Of a stretch of 64,000 nucleotides of DNA, positions 47,299-55,516 are shown in pieces; the first letter of the stretch is position 1; each line of letters starts with the position of its first letter. The notes under the pieces are model-generated. The model was not told the DNA's origin. It did no database searches and worked only from the letters and a program-made list of their open reading frames with translations. Origin of the DNA: Candidatus Babeliaceae bacterium. Lineage in GTDB: Bacteria; Babelota; Babeliae; Babelales; Babelaceae. The position numbers and the translations under genes were made by a program. The stretch lies in the NCBI GenBank assembly GCA_016933915.1, contig JAFFZZ010000069.1, positions 71 to 64,070 on the forward strand, written 5' to 3'.

Positions 47299-48689
47299 TG
47301 AGATCGTGACAGATTTTTTTGTTGTGTAAGTTTTTCAGCAAGCTCAATAAAATGCAACCCTCGTTCTTCATAATTTTTGTAGAGGTCAAAGCTTGTACCA
47401 CCAGGTGAAAGAAGGATACATGAGCCGGGTTTTGCATAGCCGAGAATTGCGCTGAGTGCTGACTCTAAATCAGGATACGTGTGTGCATAGAAACCCTCTT
47501 TTTTGCATGTTGCACAGAGTGTCTCTCCTTCGCTACCAAAACAGGTTATTGAGGCGCATTCAGCAAGTGGCGCAAGGTATGGAGAACGGTCGACTCCTTT
47601 GCTGAGGCCTCCAAGGAGTAGATGTATTGGTTGTGGACGCAGTTGGTTAACCGCCGCTAGTGTTGCTTCCATAATCGTTGATTTCGAATCGTTGTAAAAA
47701 TCAATACCGTTAATATGAGCGAAACAAGCAAGTCTATTGTTAGGAAGCGAGAGCTTTGGTGATCCGTACTTAATAATATGGGGAACATCTTGTCCTAAAA
47801 GATCAAGAGCCGCTGCGAGAATGAGCCAATTCGTACGATAGGAGAGTCCAGGAATCTGTATAGCATCGAGAATGGTGGATGTTTCTAGGAGAATTTTTTT
47901 GTTGATTGATCCTTCTGGGGTGAAATAGAAGCAGCTTTCACCGGGTTGAAGCAGGGTGTTGTCATTTACCTCTGTCAATGAAAACCATGCGTAACGGGGA
48001 GGCAATGCCTGTTCTTCGTGTGTTTGCCGGATAAAATGAGCTATTTCGATGGGGGCGAGAATTGTTTGACCCTGCGTCTGGTGCCGGGTAATAAACATCT
48101 TTGCATTTCGGTACGTCTCTAAATTTTCATGTCGGTCGAGATGATTGGGGTAAAGATTGGTCCAAATGGCGAGGTTTGGTGCAAAAAAGAGTGCGCGTTC
48201 CAGCTGAAAGCTTGAGAGCTCAAGTATTGCATAGTCAAATTCGGTGCGCCGGGCAAGAAGATCGAGCATCCCTACACCGATATTTCCTCCCGTTGCGACG
48301 CGGTGGCAACTGGAGGCGAGAAGGTGCGAAAGAAAGGTTGTTATGGTAGTTTTGCCGAGTGAGCCAGTGATTCCAATAATAGGCTTTTGCCATCCGTGAT
48401 AGAAGAGGTCAACCTCGGTGAAAATGGTTGGCATTTGATTGATAAATGGTGCTATATCGATTCCAGGACTGGGAATGATAATATCATTTGCGGCAAAGAA
48501 TGCTGTTCGTTCGTCAGGATCCCGGAAGGATCTTCCCGACAGATTTTTAAGTTCGCGAGCAAGTTGCTCTTCCGGTTCTGTGCGATCGAGAACCGAGAGG
48601 TGGCATTTAAATTGTGAGAGATACGAAAGGGCGGCGCGGCCTGAGACGCCGAGGCCCCAGATGCCTATACGCTTGTCGGTTAAATCCAT
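47295..48689 (-). CDS. murD: UDP-N-acetylmuramoylalanine--D-glutamate ligase
   Basis: N-terminal Rossmann IGIWGLGVSGRAALSYL, P-loop ITGSLGKTTITTFLSHLL, and Mur-ligase length and layout. Confidence 0.8.
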   Translation of the reverse strand: MDLTDKRIGIWGLGVSGRAALSYLSQFKCHLSVLDRTEPEEQLARELKNLSGRSFRDPDERTAFFAANDIIIPSPGIDIAPFINQMPTIFTEVDLFYHGWQKPIIGITGSLGKTTITTFLSHLLASSCHRVATGGNIGVGMLDLLARRTEFDYAILELSSFQLERALFFAPNLAIWTNLYPNHLDRHENLETYRNAKMFITRHQTQGQTILAPIEIAHFIRQTHEEQALPPRYAWFSLTEVNDNTLLQPGESCFYFTPEGSINKKILLETSTILDAIQIPGLSYRTNWLILAAALDLLGQDVPHIIKYGSPKLSLPNNRLACFAHINGIDFYNDSKSTIMEATLAAVNQLRPQPIHLLLGGLSKGVDRSPYLAPLAECASITCFGSEGETLCATCKKEGFYAHTYPDLESALSAILGYAKPGSCILLSPGGTSFDLYKNYEERGLHFIELAEKLTQQKNLSRSH

Positions 48690-48754
48690 ATGGGTTAAAC
48701 TAAATAGCCGGTTAAAGGACCAAAAAATACTCTATCAGACAGTAAGGATAGCTC

Positions 48755-51571
48755 ATGGATGCCAAAAAGTCATCTGCGGCGAAGATGGCCGATTTTAAGG
48801 AGTCTCTCAATCTTCCCCGTACCGATTTCCCGCTCCGCGCAGATGCTTGCATTAATGACCCCATTATGCTTGAGCGCTGGGAGAAGGAAAAGCTCTATGA
48901 GCGAGCGATGAGGTGCCATGAAGGCGCCTCGCGCTTTGTCCTTCATGATGGCCCCCCTTATGCGAATGGACACATCCATTTGGGGCATGCCTATAATAAA
49001 ATTCTCAAGGATATTCTTGCCAAAGCGCGGCGTATGAGTGGGATGCAGGTTCCTCTGGTTCCCGGTTGGGATTGTCATGGTCTTCCTATTGAGCATCGAG
49101 TAAAACAGGAAAATCCAACGCTTACGGGGACTGCGCTTAAAGCGGCGTGTCGAGAGTCTGCATATACCTGGATTAATATCCAGCGCTCTGAATTCAAGCG
49201 TTTGGGTATTTTAATGGATTGGGAGCATCCATATATTACGATGGCTCCGCGGTATGAGGCAGCTATTTTGCGTTCATTTGGCAAGCTTGTACGAGGTGGT
49301 TTTGTCGAGCGAAAAAACAAGACTGTTCCCTGGTGCCCACATTGCCAAACGGCTCTTGCGGCTGCAGAGATTGAATATCAGGATCGAGAAGATCCGTCTC
49401 TTTTTATCAAGTTCAAAGTTACTTCAGAAACAGCGCAAAAACTTGGACTAACTGATAAGCCCGTATCATTTCTTATCTGGACGACAACGCCGTGGACGAT
49501 CCCGTTAAACCGTGCTGTTCTCCTGCGTCCGGGGGCTGCTTATAAGGTTATTGAGTATAACGGGGAGTACCTGGTTTTGGGGGCCGAGCGGGTTGCTTCA
49601 GTGATTACTGGGCGGGGGCTTGGCTCTGATTTAACCGTAAAAAAAGTGATTCCTTCAGAGATGCTTGCAGGAGAATTGCTCTGGCATCCCATTGATTTCG
49701 ATCGTCAGGTGCCGGTTATTCTTGATCAGTCAGTTGGTCTTGATGAAGGTACTGCGTGTGTGCATTGTGCGCCAGGGTGTGGCCCCGTGGATTATGAGGT
49801 CGGAATAAAAAACAATCTCGAAATATATTCACCGGTAACAGCAGATGGTCGGTATTCGGTTGGTATAGTTCCTGCAGAACTTCAGGGAAAAACAATAGCT
49901 GAGGGGCAAAAATGGGTAACGGAATATGTAAAAAAAACGGCAATGTTGTTTGCTGAAACTCGTATTATACATAGTTATCCGCACTGTTGGCGTTGCCGTA
50001 AAGGCCTTATTTTCCGTGCGACACCGCAATGGTTTTGCAATCTTGCGCATGACCACGTTAAAGAGAGGGCGCTTGCCGCTATTGAGAAAATAGATTTTAT
50101 GCCGTCGCAGGCAAAAAATTTCCTACGAGCTACTATCGAAAGTCGTCTTGAATGGTGCCTCTCGCGCCAGCGACTGTGGGGAGTTCCTATTCCGGCGTTG
50201 GTTTCAGGTGATCAAACAACTGCTCTTATCACAGAAAAATTAATTTCTTTTGTTGCTGATCATGTTGAGAAAGAAGGTGTTGAGTTTTGGGATCGTATTT
50301 CGCTTGACGAGCTTGTTAAAGCTGATGTTGTTCCCGCTGATGCGGTTGCTGCTGGTTACAGAAAAGAGACCGATATTATTGATGTCTGGTTTGATTCTGG
50401 CGTGAGTCATACAGCGGTGCTGCTTCTTAATCCAGAGCTCCATTTTCCTGCTGATCTCTATCTTGAGGGTGTCGATCAACATCGGGGTTGGTTCCAGAGT
50501 TCACTTCTGACAAGTATCATTTTGCATGATGAAGCGCCGATGAAGGCGATCATGACGCATGGGTTTACCGTTGATGATCAGGGACGTAAGATGTCCAAAT
50601 CGCTGGGGAACGTGGTTGCTCCGGAAGAACTCATTGAGAAGGTGGGAACTGATGGATTACGGCTTTGGGTTGCAAGCATAGGCAATGAGGGTGATGCGGT
50701 AGTTTCAAAAGTTCTTATAGAACATGTGTCACTTGTGTATCGAAAAATTCGTAACACGTGTCGCTTCTTGTTGCAGAATCTCTATGACTTTTCCATTGAA
50801 CGCGATGCGGTATCATTTGAGCATTGTTCGGCGATTGATAGGTATGCTCTCTATCAGTTGATGCGCCTGCAAGAGCGTGTTTTGGAAGTGTATAAACAGG
50901 GGAATGTGACGGCCATTTTTCATCTATTGAATGATTTTTGTACGGTCGATATGAGCGCCTTTTATGGGGATGTAGCAAAAGATTGTCTCTATTGTAACAA
51001 AGCCGATAGTCAGGAGCGGCGCGCAGTGCAGACGGTTTTCTGGCGTATCCTTGATACGTTGGCGAAACTTATGGCACCTATCTTATCCTTTACGGCAGAG
51101 CAGCTTTCTGATTATTACCAGACCGATAAGAAAGAGTCGATTCATCTTCAATGTTTTGCAGATCATGCAGCATTACGCCGTCTTTTTGCAGCAGTTGATA
51201 CCGTTGCCTATGAAAAACAATGGGCGTTGGTGAAAGAAATTCGCTCTGTGGTTTTGAAGCTGATTGAAGAGCAGCGGGCCGCGGGGCTTGTCAAGCATTC
51301 ACTTGATGCTGCAGTTGATCTCTTTATTGATGATATGTCCCGTCTTTCAATAATTGAAGAGAAAGAACTCGAACGCTTTTTCGCTACTGTTTTTATTGTT
51401 TCACGAGTACGGCTTATCCCTTCACCAGAAGGGCTTGTCGTTACACCGGTTGCTGGTGTATTGGCTAAGGTAACGGCAGCGTCGGGAACGAGATGTCCTC
51501 GTTGCTGGCAGTGGCACGAGCAGGATTGCGTTCTCTGTAAACGTTGCGCCTTGGTAGTTGATGCGGACTAG
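48755..51571 (+). CDS. ileS: Isoleucine--tRNA ligase
   Basis: PPYANGHIHLGHAYNKILKD (HIGH motif), KMSKSLGNVV, and a C-terminal zinc motif CPRCWQWH...CKRC. Confidence 0.95.
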   Translation: MDAKKSSAAKMADFKESLNLPRTDFPLRADACINDPIMLERWEKEKLYERAMRCHEGASRFVLHDGPPYANGHIHLGHAYNKILKDILAKARRMSGMQVPLVPGWDCHGLPIEHRVKQENPTLTGTALKAACRESAYTWINIQRSEFKRLGILMDWEHPYITMAPRYEAAILRSFGKLVRGGFVERKNKTVPWCPHCQTALAAAEIEYQDREDPSLFIKFKVTSETAQKLGLTDKPVSFLIWTTTPWTIPLNRAVLLRPGAAYKVIEYNGEYLVLGAERVASVITGRGLGSDLTVKKVIPSEMLAGELLWHPIDFDRQVPVILDQSVGLDEGTACVHCAPGCGPVDYEVGIKNNLEIYSPVTADGRYSVGIVPAELQGKTIAEGQKWVTEYVKKTAMLFAETRIIHSYPHCWRCRKGLIFRATPQWFCNLAHDHVKERALAAIEKIDFMPSQAKNFLRATIESRLEWCLSRQRLWGVPIPALVSGDQTTALITEKLISFVADHVEKEGVEFWDRISLDELVKADVVPADAVAAGYRKETDIIDVWFDSGVSHTAVLLLNPELHFPADLYLEGVDQHRGWFQSSLLTSIILHDEAPMKAIMTHGFTVDDQGRKMSKSLGNVVAPEELIEKVGTDGLRLWVASIGNEGDAVVSKVLIEHVSLVYRKIRNTCRFLLQNLYDFSIERDAVSFEHCSAIDRYALYQLMRLQERVLEVYKQGNVTAIFHLLNDFCTVDMSAFYGDVAKDCLYCNKADSQERRAVQTVFWRILDTLAKLMAPILSFTAEQLSDYYQTDKKESIHLQCFADHAALRRLFAAVDTVAYEKQWALVKEIRSVVLKLIEEQRAAGLVKHSLDAAVDLFIDDMSRLSIIEEKELERFFATVFIVSRVRLIPSPEGLVVTPVAGVLAKVTAASGTRCPRCWQWHEQDCVLCKRCALVVDAD

Positions 51572-53523
51572 CTTTTCATTGGCTGTGCAATCTGAGCGAG
51601 GCTGTTTGCGAGTTTGTGCATAATGAGTTGTTCGTAACGTTCCTTAGGGGAAAGTTCGGCTTTTACCAGTTCCTTTATTCTGCTGATTGAGGTATTTAAA
51701 ATTGATTGTTCCTCTGGTGGGAGTAGATCTGCTTTAATATCTTTAAGCAGTTGTGCTAATTTCGCTTTCTTAAGGGTATTCAGAGCATTTCCTGGGTCTG
51801 TTGGTAATTCATTTTCCTTTTGATAGACATAGTGTTTGGAGTAATCCATCTCTTTTTCTTTTCCGGTCGTTGTATCTATTTCAGCGGGATAATGTGATTC
51901 TTTGAGATTTAAAAACGTAAATTGGCCTTTAAAATCTTTCGTTACTAATGTGTCGATGATAAATACTTTATCTTCGCCTGTCATGATCATCTGAAATGAT
52001 TCGGGGACAATCTCACTGAATTTCCAGTCCTTTGCATTGATCTCTTTGATGTGATGAACAGCGGTTCGTGGAATGAGCGAGATAAAGTGCGGCGGAATTT
52101 TTGCTCCTGTTGGTCGTGGAATGATGAGTTTAAAAGGTATCTCTGCTGCTTCAAGTGTAATGACAGCTGGCAGCATTTTTTGGCCCGTCTTTATGCCCTT
52201 TTTGATTTTTTCTTGTGACTGTGCAAAAAAGTCCCTGACATTAAGATCACGTCCATGGCTCTTTGCTAACACTTTTCCGATTTTAACCATACAACCTTCA
52301 GGAGATTCGAGCAATGACATCCATTCACGGCCAGGAAATCTAATGGAGGGAATGTGTGAAAAGCGTTCTAGGAGGTAGATTTGATCATCAGGATTAGCAG
52401 CTTCAGCCCAAACATCATAATCGGTATAGAGGGGCGCGATTGTGCCTATAAGGTTGAAGAATGAGTATTTTTTTGGGTTATTGAAAAATTCTTTGAAATT
52501 GGGTGAAAAAGTGGCGGTCGTGAAGGCAGATGTTGGCGTGCTTGTTGAAGTGAGCGACATTATTGGGTAGTTATATGTTTCACCGAGAAGATCTTTGCGA
52601 TCACTTCTGGTTGCTTCCAGCACGTTTATGTCTGCCCCGTAACAGGTGTTGAAAATGAAAAGATAGGTAAAGATTTTATTGTTGAAAAAATTAAGAAGTT
52701 TCTTAAAATCTGAGATGTAGAATCCGGCGATTATACCTTTAAAACCAGCTTTTCCGATGGCCTCACGTGCTTTTTGGTCGATTCCGGTTGCTATGTATTG
52801 GGCATATTTATAGTCAAAAAGTTGCTGAGCATCTTTCGGTGTACGGCGATAGTCGCCATGATCATTGAGGTAAATAAGCCAGACCGGCTCTTTAAATTTT
52901 TTTTCTATAATCTCTTCGGTATAATCTTTATGCGTCATGAAAATGTTTTGTAGACATTCAAAAAATTCATTGGCAAAAGGTGTTAGGAGCGTTCGTGGCT
53001 CACCTCTTTTTATTTCAATGAAAAATTGAGACGTCATTGAAATAGGCGCTACTTCTCTTTTAATGTCTTTGATTACTGCCGGGGAGGGATGGTCTATTTT
53101 AAGGCCGAGAATGATCTCACGTTTGGTGAAAGCACCCACCTTATCGGTTGATGTTGCTTTGATATCGGTGAGATATGTTTTGGGAATGAGTAGGAAAAAA
53201 TGTTCCGAAGCTTTAAATGCAAGCCAGTTGTCTAGAAATGTTTCATTACCTTTTTCAATCAAAAATTTTCTTGTGTCAAAGAGAATGTTTGCACTCACCA
53301 GAAGCGGTGCCGCTTGTTGCTCGATAAAGAAAGAGACTGAATTTTCGACAAAGCACTCTGTGTTTTCCTCTTGCCCCATGCTTGGAAATATGCCGATACC
53401 ACGAATTGGAGCATCGGGAAATGGGTGCAATGGTTTTATGGAAGAAGGAATTGTTTTTGTTGGTAAAGAGATGGCGTATGTAATGAGTATGAGTCCCGTA
53501 AAAAGGAGGGAGACTTTTTTCAT
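51568..53523 (-). CDS. Secreted orphan protein with candidate clan-CD-like His-Gly/Cys dyad (paralog of 53608-55461)
   Basis: The ATG at 53523 follows the SD GGAAAG (the track ORF runs to 53574). Signal peptide MKKVSLLFTGLILITYAISLP. WLIYLNDHG has its His codon at 52860-52858, and YLFIFNTCYG has its Cys codon at 52644-52642. It is collinear over its full length with its neighbour. Confidence 0.75.
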   Translation of the reverse strand: MKKVSLLFTGLILITYAISLPTKTIPSSIKPLHPFPDAPIRGIGIFPSMGQEENTECFVENSVSFFIEQQAAPLLVSANILFDTRKFLIEKGNETFLDNWLAFKASEHFFLLIPKTYLTDIKATSTDKVGAFTKREIILGLKIDHPSPAVIKDIKREVAPISMTSQFFIEIKRGEPRTLLTPFANEFFECLQNIFMTHKDYTEEIIEKKFKEPVWLIYLNDHGDYRRTPKDAQQLFDYKYAQYIATGIDQKAREAIGKAGFKGIIAGFYISDFKKLLNFFNNKIFTYLFIFNTCYGADINVLEATRSDRKDLLGETYNYPIMSLTSTSTPTSAFTTATFSPNFKEFFNNPKKYSFFNLIGTIAPLYTDYDVWAEAANPDDQIYLLERFSHIPSIRFPGREWMSLLESPEGCMVKIGKVLAKSHGRDLNVRDFFAQSQEKIKKGIKTGQKMLPAVITLEAAEIPFKLIIPRPTGAKIPPHFISLIPRTAVHHIKEINAKDWKFSEIVPESFQMIMTGEDKVFIIDTLVTKDFKGQFTFLNLKESHYPAEIDTTTGKEKEMDYSKHYVYQKENELPTDPGNALNTLKKAKLAQLLKDIKADLLPPEEQSILNTSISRIKELVKAELSPKERYEQLIMHKLANSLAQIAQPMKS

Positions 53524-53607
53524 AATAAACTTTCCGCGCTCAGACCAATTCACTTTGATGAATAAGATATCCAAAGAAAATGTTTGATGGCAATAGATTT
53601 GGTTCTG

Positions 53608-55461
53608 TTAGTGGCGAGTTATATATGCTCCGATTTTGTTGGTAGCGCTCCTAAAGAGAGTGAAAAATGTTTTGGTTGCCGACGTACATATTTCGGCTAG
53701 AGGGTCCCTGAAAAAGTTGCGACGTCGATGCCTTCTGCTTTGCTGAATCTCTTTGAGCAGTGTTTGAGCTTTTTCGATATATTTTTTGTACGCCCTTTTT
53801 TTCTTGGTGATTATTCGTGTGGGATCTTCGATGAAAAATGCACCTGCCTTTTCATCGTTATAGGCGATGAAGAGATGTGTAGCATCACCATTCTCGGTGT
53901 GTGAAGGCCTGAGATTAAAGAAGATGCAGCGCCCTTCGAAATCTTTGACGTGTAATCTTTCAACAACGAATATTTTGTCTTCGCCAGTATTTGGCATTGT
54001 GAATGCTTTTTTAATTTCTTTCAGGCTCCAGTCAGGTGCTATTATTGCAGAGAACGAATGAACTGCTGATCCAGGTGAGAGAGAGATGAATTGTGGTAAT
54101 TCATCTCGTTTCCCCGTGCGTTCAATAGTAAGAGGACAGGTGATTTTTTGTGTCTGAAGAGTAATGACAGCGGGAAGTGTTTCATCGATCCGTGAAATAC
54201 TGAGAGGATTTCCCCGCTGTTTACATACGGTCTTTTTGCTGATGGAGAAAATAGTGGCATCTGGCGATTCGATTAGTTCGATCCAGTTGCGATTAGGAAA
54301 TTTAATGCAAGGAATTTGTGGTGAGCTGTCCTGGCGGGATAGATCAAAATCTTCCCACTCTTCTTGGTCATCATAAAACGAGGTTATCGTTTTAATAAGA
54401 TTAAGATAGTTACGACAATCAAAGCGTGTTTTTGGACTTATATTTGATGGTTTTTTAGCGGATGCAGCTTTAAAAAATCTCTCATAGTCTGGTGCGCCAA
54501 GTTGCCAGACGGGTGTGCTCGTTGCGGTAAAGGCGATGATGGGAAAACGGTAATTTTCAAGAGTTTTTCCATTGTTCGACCAATCTTGGAGAAAATCGTG
54601 CAGGTTTTCTCCGCCGCTAAAGCAGGATGTGAAGACTGTCGCAGCAGTATTTATCTGCTTGTTGCAGAAGGCTAGAAGCTCTTTTACTTCAGATGGACAC
54701 ATTCCACTGAGTGAGCCAGAGACCTCATCGATATCTGTTTCTTCTGGATTGTCGTGCCAGATGATGCATCTGTTTTCGTGAATAATGGTAGCAAGTTCTG
54801 AATGTGGGGTTCCGTGTGCATCGGCAAGAATGAGCCATTGAGGCTTTTCGAAGTTAGACGGAATATCACCAATTTTTTGCGCTGTTGCATAATCGTTATT
54901 GGTAACAAAAAGGTTTGGAAGTTGCGCGATAAGCTCGCCTATAGCGGGGGTATGTTTTTCCCATGTGTTAAGATTTTCGTTGTACTTAAGAAGTGGTGTT
55001 GCAGGAATCCTTGTTCTGAATGTTTTTTTATCGCTTCGTTCTGTCTCGTCGAGAGTAGTATAATGGTCAATTTTTAGCCCAAGGATTAGTTCACGTTTAC
55101 TAAGGCCTGAAACGAGTTGTTCTGTTTTATCAGATACTATGAGATGTGATGGGACAACTAACACAAACATATCGGTTATTTTGTATATCTTCCAGTCTTC
55201 AAGGTCATCTGTGAGAGAGGGGGTGATGCTGAGCGCATTGTACAATAAATTGTTGCTGATGACTGCTGGCGCTGATTCCGATCTAATAAATGCTGGGATT
55301 GCCTGGTAAGAAAAAGGAAGCGAATCATCATGTACCTTTTCTGTGTAATCGACAAAGAACGCTATGCCTCGACTAGCAACAGGCTGAATCTTTTTACGTG
55401 TTGCTTGTGCTGGCACGCAAAAGAAATAGAGAATGGTAAGGGTAATAAGATACCGCTGCAT
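53608..55461 (-). CDS. Secreted orphan protein with candidate clan-CD-like His-Gly/Cys dyad (paralog of 51568-53523)
   Basis: Signal peptide MQRYLITLTILYFFCVPAQA. WLILADAHG has its His codon at 54816-54814, and ATVFTSCFSG has its Cys codon at 54624-54622. Blocks shared with the paralog: KRE-ILGLKIDH, TSTP, LPAVITL, FISL-P-(T/S)AVH, GEDK-F. Confidence 0.75.
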   Translation of the reverse strand: MQRYLITLTILYFFCVPAQATRKKIQPVASRGIAFFVDYTEKVHDDSLPFSYQAIPAFIRSESAPAVISNNLLYNALSITPSLTDDLEDWKIYKITDMFVLVVPSHLIVSDKTEQLVSGLSKRELILGLKIDHYTTLDETERSDKKTFRTRIPATPLLKYNENLNTWEKHTPAIGELIAQLPNLFVTNNDYATAQKIGDIPSNFEKPQWLILADAHGTPHSELATIIHENRCIIWHDNPEETDIDEVSGSLSGMCPSEVKELLAFCNKQINTAATVFTSCFSGGENLHDFLQDWSNNGKTLENYRFPIIAFTATSTPVWQLGAPDYERFFKAASAKKPSNISPKTRFDCRNYLNLIKTITSFYDDQEEWEDFDLSRQDSSPQIPCIKFPNRNWIELIESPDATIFSISKKTVCKQRGNPLSISRIDETLPAVITLQTQKITCPLTIERTGKRDELPQFISLSPGSAVHSFSAIIAPDWSLKEIKKAFTMPNTGEDKIFVVERLHVKDFEGRCIFFNLRPSHTENGDATHLFIAYNDEKAGAFFIEDPTRIITKKKRAYKKYIEKAQTLLKEIQQSRRHRRRNFFRDPLAEICTSATKTFFTLFRSATNKIGAYITRH

Positions 55462-55516
55462 GTTTTTTCAATAACCTTATTTTTATTTTATTTTTTTGAG
55501 CATTTCTTTTTATTTT

